A DNA stretch of 64,000 bases from Antedon mediterranea (Eukaryota; Animalia; Echinodermata): positions 7,068,001 to 7,132,000 of the forward strand of contig NC_092672.1 of NCBI RefSeq assembly GCF_964355755.1. Direction: 5' to 3'. Under the pieces are notes generated by a model that saw only the letters and a list, made by a program, of their open reading frames with translations, was not told where the DNA came from and did no database searches. Of the stretch, positions 12,105-23,600 are shown piece by piece; within the stretch, counting starts at the first letter, position 1; every line of letters begins with the position of its first letter. The translations under genes and the position numbers were made by a program.

Positions 12105-13063
12105 ATTGATGTAGGAGTTTAAGTGTGATTAGACGTGTAGTTATGTAAGCCAGTGCGTGCTATGTTGAGGTATTGTAGAACCAGAAGCAACTGGTTTCGG
12201 TAATGTGACGTGGCGTTTTTCGATCAAGTCCGGTCATGTGACTTGAAAATTCCGTTGAAGGGCAATATTTATACTGAAGTTATAGATTAAGTTAATGTAA
12301 CGAAAATTTATAAAGTGAAATTGATATAACTTGTGGTATTTACTATTGAGTTATTACAATAAACCAAACAAAAGCAACTTATCTTGGTTTGACAGGCCTA
12401 TGTCGTGGGCCTGCCGCTTAACAGCTGCTCTGGAATGTCGCCATGAGTTATGTTAATCCAACAAGTAAAAAAATCAGTTCCAATCGGTGTTTAAAAATCC
12501 CGCCGCTTAATTGCGGCTTACACAGGTAGTTTACAGTAGCTGTATATAACGTTAAATGTAGTTTCCGATGAGAAGGCTGTATAAAAAACGGTTGTCGTAG
12601 GCCTAGTATATTGATACTAGTGTACAGCGGAAAACATCGGGGTGTCGTGTTGAGATAGTATGAATAGACCGGGCTAGGGAGCACCGAACAAACACGTCTT
12701 CACTCGACCGCACTCACTCACGTAGCCTACTACGTTAATCTATATATAAATTTACGTAAGGGCAAAATTCGATAAATCGCTGTTTATTTCTAGAATTTTT
12801 ATTCGATGGTATATAAAGTTGGTTCGTACTTTCGGTACTGATTTTAACCACCTGATGTAACCCTGTTTACTAATTAAATTGAGTTAGATAATTAGTTGTT
12901 GACGATTAAAACGAATTTAGGTTCAACGATTTGCCCCAAATAGGGGTGTTTTCCGATCGTGGTATACACTGTCTAATGGATGTCCAACTTGAAAAATACC
13001 CGCACACAATAATACTAGGACGCTTCGCATTTTCCTATCTCCTCCTACGATAATTGTTTTTAA

Positions 13064-15621
13064 CTAGATGGTACGCTCGCTTCGCTCGCGTACCATCTAG
13101 GTCGTGCCCACATAATGGTTCTCGAATACATAGTAATTTCAGCGTAAAAAAAACTGGCGATTTCAAAATTTAGGCCTACGTACCGCATGACTATAAAACA
13201 TTTATTTATGTATTATGTAGTCAACCAAAATTAGCACCGTGCGAATTACTTCCAAAAGAGAAACTTCTCACAAAATTAGTCCAAATGTTTGATTTGGACT
13301 CATTTAAACAAACCCAATTTGTGTTTTGTATCTAACATTATTGAGGGTTGGTTTTTTTTAATAGGCCTATAAATAATATAACACTACATAGAGTAAAACA
13401 TTTCCGATTTAATAACTGTTAAAATTGTCACTGTCATAGTCGATTGAAGCAGTAAAAGTACATGTAACGATACACCACCACGACGTTTATATTTTTTTGT
13501 AATTATTAATTAATACAAACGTTGAGAAGCAACTGTCAGTAATAAAGTATTATATTATTTATGTGTTTATAATCTAAAAGTAGGGGCTACCCACACTCAC
13601 AGTAATAAAGTTTATTAGTATATTTGTTTATACTAGAGGGTGAGCTCGCTTCGCTCGCTCCCCCTCTAGGAAGTGTAGACGATGGTTCTCGGAATGATAA
13701 TGTTCTCCTTATACATTTTCTGTCGGTTACCATTATTGAAAATGCTTGACATTCGTAAAACTGAACTACTTTGTTTCACAGTGTTTTAGATGATTAATAA
13801 CATTTTAAAGTATAGTTTTTATTGTTTGGTAGGGCCCTTTGGGGAGGCGGAGGTCATTTGAGGGAGGTGCTTATTCGAGGGATATATGTTAAATTTTTTA
13901 GTTCTAATAATATGTTAACATTTATAATCAAATGAAATCCTCTCATAGATATGAAAAGTGGTAAAAAAGAATAACAAATGCTTGGTAAATTGCAGATAAC
14001 AGTGCGGTGAATTCTACTACAAATAGTATAATTGTGTTATTATAAATATGTGGATGGACGTTTATTAGATAGTTGGGTTGTGGTGGTGGGGGGGGGGGGG
14101 GGGGTTATTATTCAAAGTGATGTTTTATTGGAGAGGCGTTTATTCAAATGAATACCATCCTAATAATTATTAATACATTATTTAATTTAATCATCTTTTG
14201 AAACTAACTGCCGTGACAGAGTGGGCCCAAGAAAGAAGACATTACGGCTTGCAACATGGGCAGACATCTCGGTCCTAACGGGACACAGGAAGATAGCCTA
14301 CAGTTATTCCTGCAAGCTTACTCAATGAAACTCAGCTATCGGGATTTCACTCGAAAAATGTCTTATCAAATCTCCCTATGTAATTTTATAATACTATTCC
14401 CCACAATATATTCTGATTCTTTATGGCATATATTTAATTTGATCTTTATTAATTTGCAGTACAATTCCTATTATTTAACTACTGTACCTTCACACACGTG
14501 TGGTATGTTTTAAAATAAACAAAAAACTGAAATGGCTATGATTAATGGCCAATTTTTTTTTCGTCTTCCAAAGGGACACTGTATTGATTGATGGAAAGTG
14601 CCTGTTTCCAGTCACCTTTAGGGTCAAATCTATTATTTTAACTGCTCCCTTGTGTATAAAAGAGAGAAAATATTTGAAACTAAGGTGAACTTATCTTAAA
14701 CCCGGAAATTACTTTGACCGGGAAGAATTGAAATTGAGAGGAAAATCCAATGTTGAAATCATAAATGTTGTTAAAAAACTCTTTATAATATCTTCCTAAG
14801 ATATAAATATGGAACAATAGCGTCGGCGTGCACACTAATGTTATCAAATCTACGTTTCGCGGTACATCTCGGATAGATAAGGTAGGTATCCAAGGCGGAG
14901 ATTTGTAGAGAAGTTTTTGCATTGTGCTCGCCTATGTCAGAATTAACCATAATTTATATATAGATTATAATAAACAGTAGGCCTACAAACACACACAATA
15001 AGAAATTTGCGATTCAAATGGCTATCAAAAGTGGTTAATACCTATTTACAGTATTGTATAGCTTTACAATACTATTTATGTTTATTCTCAAAGGGCCCAT
15101 AAATTGACCTACTTGTGTTAAATCATGGAGGTATGCAAGCATGGTTAAACCAAATAATTTGGAATGTTCCATTCATCGCAAATCAATACATTTGTATAAA
15201 CTTATATTAAATCTATCAAAATAGTATTTTTTAAAGAAAATCGGCCTGTCTTCAACATTATGATACTGTACTCGAGCTGTTCAACCGGTTTTCAGCTATT
15301 AAAAACAATTATCGTAGGAGGAGATAGGAAAATGCGAAGTATCCTCGTATTATTGTGTACAGGTATTTTTCATGAGGACATCCATTAGACAGTGTATACC
15401 ACGATCGGAAAACACCCCTATTTGGGGCAAATGGTTGAACCTAAATTCGTTTTAATTGTCATTAACTAATTATCTAACTAAATTTAATTAGTAAACAGGG
15501 TTACATCAGGTGGTTAAAATCAGTACCGAGATTCTAACCAACTTTATATACCATCGAGTAAACATTCTAGAAATAACGCGCGATTTACCGAATTTTGCCC
15601 TTACGTAAATTTATATATAGA
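13064..15621 (-). mobile_element. Helitron family H1, inverted copy nested in the outer copy
   Basis: CTAG hairpin at 13064-13100 and reverse TCTATATATA ending at 15621. It splits the outer element at tttaa|tagctg, whose intact form is visible at ~15290-15310. Confidence 0.88.
13633..14964 (-). mobile_element. Helitron family H2, innermost nested element
   Basis: CTAG hairpin at 13633-13669 and reverse TCTATATATA ending at 14964; A|T target gtttata|ttata, uninterrupted in the H1 copy at ~36610. Confidence 0.82.
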
Positions 15622-16624
15622 TAGCTGAAAACCGGTTGAACTGCCCGAGTACAGCATCATAATGTTGAAGACAGGCCGATTTTCTTAAAAAAATACTATT
15701 TTGATAGATTTAATTTACGTTTTTACAAATGTATTGATTTGCGATGAATGGAACATTCCAATCTCTCAGTCTGCCAGTTTGGTTTAACACAAGTAGGTAA
15801 ATTTATGAGCCCTTGGAGAATAAACTTGCAATACTTTGACAATACAGTACTGCAAATACCTATTAACCATTTTTGGTCGTCATTTGAATCGAACATTTCT
15901 TACTGTGAATACTGTTAGATGTAAAAAAATATATACAAACATTTCTTACTGTGAATACTGTTAGATGTAAAAAATATATACAATAAACTTTATTACTGTG
16001 ATTATGGGTAGGCTCTACTGTAGTGTTAGATATATAAACACGTAATATACAAATAAACTTTATTACTTCTCAACGTTTGCATTAATTAATAATTACAAAA
16101 AATATAAACGTCGTAGTGGTGTATCGTTACATGTACTTTACTATTTCAATCGACTATGACAGTGACAGTTTTAACAAAGTATTAAATCGCAAATGTTTTA
16201 CTATATTTAGTCACCGGCCGTTAGTGGTATATTATTTATAGGCCTATAAAAAATGAAAACAATATTTCGTTACTGACGTGGATAAAGAATATATTTAAAA
16301 ATTGTTCCTCTTTCCCATCCCTTAACCCTAATTGGGTTTCTTAAAATGAATAAACAATTTGGACTCATTTTGTGGTAAGTTTCTCTTTCGGAAGTAATTC
16401 CCAGGGTGCTAATTTTGGTTGACTACATAAATCATTGTGTCTACTTATTCGTTTCTGTAAACGGCAATGTATTATAGTCCTGCGGTACGTGCATTTAAAA
16501 TCGCCAGATTTTTTACCCTGAAATTACTGTGTATTCGAGAACCATCTGTGGGCACGACCTAGATGGTACGCGAGCGAAGCGAGCGTACCATCTAGTTGTT
16601 ATAATTCAGTGAAAGTTAGACAGC

Positions 16625-16975
16625 GTCTTCTTCTTCTTTTCTTCTTCATGATTTAACAGTCCACTACAGGATATCGCTCCTCCAAATCTCTCCATTTACT
16701 TTTCTCTTTTGCTATTCTGAACCAGTTGTTTTCTCATGTCATGTCATGTCATGTCATCCCTCCATCTCCCTTTGAGTTTGCTTCTTTTCCTTTTCCCTAT
16801 CCTTGTCTGCCAAACTGTATAGTCCTGCTTGTCCACATGTTTTTGCTTGAAGTAGATCTCTGTTTATTATATCTTTCCTTTTGCATGGTACCTTGTTCAT
16901 TATTGTTATGCCAAGTATTTTCCGATCTATTGCATACTGGGTTGATCTTAACTTATCCTTCTTCTCAGTAAGTCT
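16625..16975 (-). mobile_element. Degenerate RTE-type LINE 3' fragment (also at ~44225-44585)
   Basis: KLRSTQYAI(D/E)RKILGIT resembles the RTE post-RT TQRAMER..LG motif; (GAA)n-like tail. Confidence 0.55.
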
Positions 16976-17091
16976 CAAAGTTGAAAAGAAGAGAAAGAAG
17001 AAGGTTATTACACACTTCATCTAAATTATAGTGAATGGAGTAATATTATAGAAAAATGTGATCTAATGCAAGGCTCTTCGGTTTATTTCAG

Positions 17092-17567
17092 ATTCAACCT
17101 TGTATCCCGATCCAACTTTGTACCCAGATTCAACCTCGTATCCAGATACAACCTTATATCCAGTTTCAACTTCATATCCACATTCGACCTTTTATCCAGA
17201 TACAACCTCATATCAAGATTCAATCTCATATCCAGATACAACCTCATATCCAGATACAACCTCAAATCAACATTCAACATCATATCTAGATACAACCTCG
17301 TATTCAAATTCAATCTCAAAGCCAGATACAACCTTATATCCAGATACAACCTCATATCAAGATCCAATATCATATCCAGATACAACATCATATCCAGATA
17401 CAACCTCATATCCAGATACAACCTCAAATCCTCATACAACTTCATATCCAGATTCAATCTCATATCTAGATACAACTTGGTATCCAGATTCAAACTCATA
17501 TCCAGATTCACCCTGGTATCTAGATCCAAGCTCATATTCAATATTTTCTTCAGAATATTATTACTCT

Positions 17568-17600
<33 letters not shown>
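17092..17600 (+). repeat. Coding 18-bp minisatellite (YPDTTS, ~24 units) plus (TAC)n poly-Tyr
   Basis: tatccagatacaacctca units inside exon 2. Confidence 0.9.
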
Positions 17601-20600
17601 GAATATTTGTATTGTGAGTTTAACGAATATTATTGATTTTTTTTTTCAGCTATTTGTTTAATAAGTATCAACAATTATGATTACAAGCAAATATACCTGT
17701 CCTGGGATGGGTTTCAAATAATATAGTTTTACATTCATTTTAGAAAAAATGTATAGATTATTTAGACCAGTTGTCATAATCACATTGTAATCTATTTTCC
17801 AGATAACAATGAAGTTATAAATCTTGTTGGTGGCAATGTAAAACGAGAAGGTCGACTTGAACTGAAAGGTGATATTTCTGGTACTGTTTGTTCTGTTGGC
17901 TGGACCGAAGCAGATGCTGCATTAGTCTGTAAGAGTCTTGGTTATGAAGGTGTTGACGAATATTTGGTGTATAGCTTTGGAGAAGGGAATGGGACAATTT
18001 GGTCGAATATTAATGGTTGTATTGAACATCCTACGTGTAATCCAACGGATTCAACAGAAGATCCACAATGCACTCATGCAAATGATGTCGGGATAGTATG
18101 TTCACCTTGTAAGTTAACAGGGAGCTTCGATTTGTTACGACCAACCTAGGCCAGGTCAACCGATGTGTCGGCGGTCCCTCGCCTGAACACAGAAACCGTC
18201 AAATCTGTGTCGAGGTGGAGATCGCGGACACACGTCCAAATAATTTCCTCATGGTCGCCGGTCGTTTAAAAGCGAAAGCTTCTAATATTAAATTGTAATT
18301 TCAAAAAATCATGCATGTACCACTTTGAAGCTCAACTTGTTTACCCCTTTTTTAAAGTGACAATTCGACTTGTTGGTGGTGATAATCTGAATGAAGGGCG
18401 TGTAGAGTTTAATTATTTTGGTGAGTTTTCAACAATAAGTGATCTACATATCAGCGAAGCCGACGTCATTTGTCGTTCGCTTCCCTTTCCTTCTGCTGAG
18501 TTCTCGGATTGCTGTGGAATATATGGTACTGCCTTTGACCTGCCTTCTTATCAAGTCGAATGTAAAGGAAATGAGAAAGAATTATCTGCCTGTTCGATAT
18601 ATACTACCTATGATATTGACCAACAATCTGGGATTAGATGTTCAACTGGTAAGAATATGCAATGCAATATTGTTTGCCAAAAGGTATCTGATGAGTTTAG
18701 AATTTCTTTATAACATTTCTATCTATTTCTTTGTATATTAACATTTGTACTAAATTTAACCCGCACTGATTATGTCAATGATAATAAATGTATGACAATT
18801 ATTATACATTAAATAGTATTTTCTTAAAACAATTTAGTGTACTTAAAAGTCTTATTTCACAATATATTATTATAACACCAGCTCCTCAATTTTAGAGGTT
18901 TTCTTTTAAAGAAACATGTACTAGGCCTACATCTTGTAAATGTATTAAAGGGCGGAGAGAAGATTCTGGGTGGGTATTTTAATTATTAATTTATCTTTTA
19001 ATAGTGGTTATGATATTTCCTCAGATGGCGTAAGATTAACTGGACAGTTTGAATCAGATGGACCACTTGAAATCTTTACAAGCTCTGCTTGGCATAAAGT
19101 ATGTTCGGTTGATTTTAACATTGAAGTTGGCGAAGTAATCTGCAGTCAACTCAACTTTGATGGTGTTTTAAATGTCACTGACATTGACAGTGACAACGGA
19201 ACAACAACCATACGAGAAATTAATTGCACAGGAATGGAGAGAAAATTTGAAGAATGCTCTTTCAATATTGTGCCTGAACAAATGTGCACAAGTTTTGTGA
19301 AGCTGTCATGCATTGGAAGTAAGCAAATACAGTACTTAAATATACATTATTAAGCAGGGACAAATTCTTGATATACAAACATTAACTTTCCCTAAGTTGT
19401 TATATATTATCTTTTTATATTAATCCACACGTCGACGTTTCGAATTTGTCTGAAAAATTTCGAGCTCAGGTATTATAAGTATGAAACGCCATGTGTGCCA
19501 AAATATTTATGTTTTACCAATATTATATTCAGCCTATAACCAAGACATTTGACATTAGAACGTCTTCTTTGGGACACTCTATTTAGATAAACACCTTTAC
19601 AGAAAACATCCTTTTCAGAGGAAACCTCTTTTCATGGACATTTAGGCCTCCGGGTAAAACGAGGGGCAAACATTGTATATTAATACTGTTGACAGACTCT
19701 CAGTTGAATCTCTAAAGTTTCCCTTTAATATGTGTCCATTGTTGTAAACATAAGATATTCTTCATCCAGCTACGAAATTTATAGTAAAAAATGACTGACC
19801 TTTAATCAACAAAATATTGTTTTCTTGACAGAAAAAATGTTTTAATAATGACATACTGCAGCTAATAATCGTAAGCCATTTGTCTATATTAATTTGTATT
19901 TATAATAATATTTACAGGTGGATCAAGATTTGCTGATGGGTATACTAGGAATTCAGGGTATGCGCAGGCATACATTAATAGCGAATGGAATTATATTTGC
20001 GACAGTGAAAGAAGAGTTACTGAATTTATCTGCTTACAAGAGCAATCAACTGGTGTTCACTTAGTACGAAACCAATACCCATTCTACATTTCTGACGAAT
20101 ACGCTGATTGTGACATCACACCCGAAAACAGTCTACAGTGTAGTCAAAGCTTGGTTGATTGTTTTCCTTATCTTATTTATACGGAATGCTCAACGGGTAT
20201 GTAATTTTTGTTTTATATGCCATCCCTGAGTTCAAATCCTTCATCTAATTTAAGCCTAATTAACCCTTCATAAAATGCATGTTGAATTCAATAAATGGTA
20301 GGTCTATAGGTCTAAATCTGTGTTAAGTGTTAATTAATCGTTTCTAAAAGAGTTGTTTCTGACGGTACTTAATGCTTGGATAAATATTTTGCAATAACTG
20401 CTTTAAAATCAGAACGTCCATCCATACTATTTGTCATGTCATCCGCATTATTACTATGATGTCCGTCAGTTATAAGCCTCTGATGACAAATGCAAATAAC
20501 GATCGACAATCATCTAAATTCATCCATTCTTTATCTACAACACATCTTCTTCACAATAGTATAACATACACTGGTCTCCAGTACCATGAACCCCGAATAC

Positions 20601-23600
20601 CAATTCCACGTTCTTGGTATTTATGCCGTTTGTTCATTACGTCATTCTATTAACTAGTCAAGCACAGCGGGGAGTAACTAGTGCCATCATTTTGTTTTAA
20701 AGATGAGCTTATGAGATAATACTGTACCGCAATTTATATTTAGATGTTGTACGAATCAAGGGAGGAGGTCATCGTGGATTTGTTCAAATCTTCAAAGATG
20801 GCAAATGGAATTATATTTGCAGTGAAAACTGGAATGTTCAGACTACTGAGCTTGCTTGTAAAGAACTCAACTTTCGCTCCACTTCTACAGTGACTGGTGT
20901 TGGTGTAAACACAACCGCCGTAGTACCCGATGCTCAGATCATTATGTGTGATGGAAGTGAATCGAGTTTGCTGAATTGTCAATTTGATACCAACATGCAA
21001 TGTAAACGTCATGCTGTACAAGTCACGTGTTCTGACGGTGATAATTTGTGCTTTTTTGCTACACTACTATTGTCCTATTATTGTATTATTTTTGTATAAA
21101 TTAATTAAATTTGTCTAGACCTATCTATACTTACTTTTTCACTGCCACATTCGTGATTTTATGATAGGAGTATTGGGTATTTAGCAAGAATAGGATTACC
21201 TGTAGTAACTAGTGCTGATAAGTAGCGACATCTTTCTTTTATCTTACTCTACAGTTGGTATACGTCTTAGAGGATCGCCAGTAAAGCATGCTGGTCGTGT
21301 GGAAATATACAACAACAACCAGTGGTGGACGGTTTGCGATGATTATTGGGATACCAATGACGCGAACGTGGCATGCATTATGGCGGGTTATTCTGGAGCT
21401 ACCAGAGGGTATCGTGAGGCAGCGTTTGGTGAAGGGGTTGGTCCTATTTTGCGCTATGATTTTTTTTGTGACGGTGATGAAGACGACTTATTTGATTGCC
21501 CATTTGGTACACATTCCGATGGATTCTGTTCACATTACGAAGATGCAGGAGTGATTTGTTCTACAGGTACGTTTCAGATCTTTGTATATGTGTACCAAAA
21601 TAATCCAAAGGCATAACACCATAAAGGAGTATAACTGGGTTTACATGCAAAATTCACACATTTTTATACTTTTTATACAATAAAAAAAACACTACAAGAC
21701 CTTGAGATTTAGTGTTCAGATTCAAATTCATACACATTAATTAGGTTATTTGACAATAACTAGGGCCCGCACTAGAAGCAATAGCTTGTATCATGAGGGC
21801 CCCTACAAAATAAATATAAATATGCAAAATAAATAAAAAGAAACATCCCGTCTTAATGTCTGCCCTTTCATGTTATCGTCGCGTAATTGATGTTATTGTG
21901 CCGTGATTGTAATTTGTACGATTAATTAAAATGAATGTCTTGTTCCTTGTAACAGATATAATTCGTCTTTCTGATGGAAGCCCATCTGCCGGTCGGGTTG
22001 AACTATTTATCAATGGCCAATGGGGAACTATTTGTGACGATAACTGGGACATAAATGATGCCATTGTTATTTGCCGACAATTAGGGTTTGACAGAGCTGC
22101 TAACGCATACGACATGGCTAGATTTGGTCCTGGCAAAGGTCCAATACATTTTGATGAAGTTCAGTGTGCGGGAAGCGAAACCGATATCTTACTGTGTAAC
22201 ACTAAAATTATTCATGATTGTGAACATTCTGAAGACGCAGCGGTGTCCTGTGTTTCTGGTAAATATTGAACAAAATATATAAGTTAGAGTTTTTTTTTCA
22301 CAGTAGATTTTCCGTCAGATGTTACACACAGTTGTTTATCTTTTTCATCTAGTCAGACGAATATGTGGTGAATATTAATTTACAACATTTTGTTGTTCCA
22401 TATTTTTTTTTGGACCAATTAGTTTGTGGCGAGTTAAACTGTGGCCGAGTTTACTTGGGGTCGAGTTATGTATGGTAGATAAGATAGATGATTAAATATC
22501 AAATACCTATCATCAATACGTTAGGCAATAAGGAGTATCTAAACATTAAATTGAAGCTCCCTTAATAAATCAACATTATTTTCATTGTAAGCTGTACTCT
22601 TTTCCTATTTAGACTCATCTGTGACTCCGTCATGGTTGAAACCATTTAACAGTATTCTGACAAAGGGTAAGTTACCATAAGATCAGTAATAACAAAGTAA
22701 ATGTTATATTAATGAACAATGGACAGAGAATAAGAAGTATTATTCTCATCTGCCATATTCTATAATAAAAAAGAAACGAAAATGAATAAGAATGCAAGCA
22801 AAATCATAATTTATCGAATAAGATAGTAAGATTGAAATGAAAAGATAATATCAAGAGTAATGAAACATAAAAGAGAGAAAATTATTACATTTGATTTTTA
22901 ATTTAACAAAATAAAAATAACCTATACTAGCAGTAATGATAGCTTTGATAGAAGCTCTAAGATGATAGACGATACAATTGTTATTTCTAAGAGCTATAGT
23001 GTATAAACGGAGTATTTAATCGAACGTTCCGATCTTTATTTGAGATCTTTATCAACTCACTGCTTGTTGAATCCAATAGATTCAGGATCAGTTAAAAAAT
23101 AAAATTATTGTTAATTTAAATGAAGCGAATAAGCAAATCACCCGTCGTAAACATTGAATTTTCAACAAAGTGTTCAATTTTTGTTTGCAGGTTGTAAAGA
23201 CTATTGGTTTCAAAACGATAATTCTTGTCTAACAGTTATACATACAGAGCATAGTACTACGCTTTCCGAATTGTCTTGTCCAGAAGGATCGTCAGTTCTT
23301 TCAGTAGACACAGAAGTAGGCATGTTAGGAGAATATCTTCGAATAATTTATTACTATTATGAAGAAATCACTCTTAAACTATTTCTTTGGCAAGATGGTA
23401 AATCAAAAACTTGCACTTTTTTTAATCGTACTGGTGATAATGGAGACACATGGGATGTGATTAGTGTACCGGCAATACAGTGTAACGACGTCTATGCTTA
23501 TGTTTGTAAAATGGATATTAAAGGTACAGTATTTGTAATGTCTCTATGCCATTGTACAATTGTTCTGTATTTAATCATCTACTCAATGATAACATTAATG

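Larger units (their letters stand above)
5127..12727 (-). mobile_element. Full-length non-LTR retrotransposon 'LINE-B' (RTEX-like), inactivated
   Basis: TSD TACTAC at 5121-5126 and 12728-12733; empty site cttactacgttaa at ~44165. ~620-nt 5'UTR, ORF1, ORF2, and a 3' end with GGCC-AAA-GGCC stem-loop, AATAAA and short (GAAT) tail. Confidence 0.92.
12739..16595 (+). mobile_element. Non-autonomous Helitron, family H1 (outer element)
   Basis: 5' TCTATATATA, 3' hairpin ending in CTAG, inserted between A and T with no TSD (empty site gttaa|tttttataattc at ~44177). Confidence 0.88.

Noticed and set aside
14087-14104. Poly-G run as a functional G-quadruplex
   Set aside because: A simple homopolymer inside a Helitron with no supporting context.
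17092-17540. CRISPR-like array
   Set aside because: Contiguous tandem units with no unique spacers, in a eukaryotic exon, with no cas genes.
17066-17617. Alternative-frame (SRYNLI)n and antisense (LDMRLY)n ORFs
   Set aside because: By-products of a stop-free 18-bp repeat; only the YPDTTS frame matches the splice phases on both sides.
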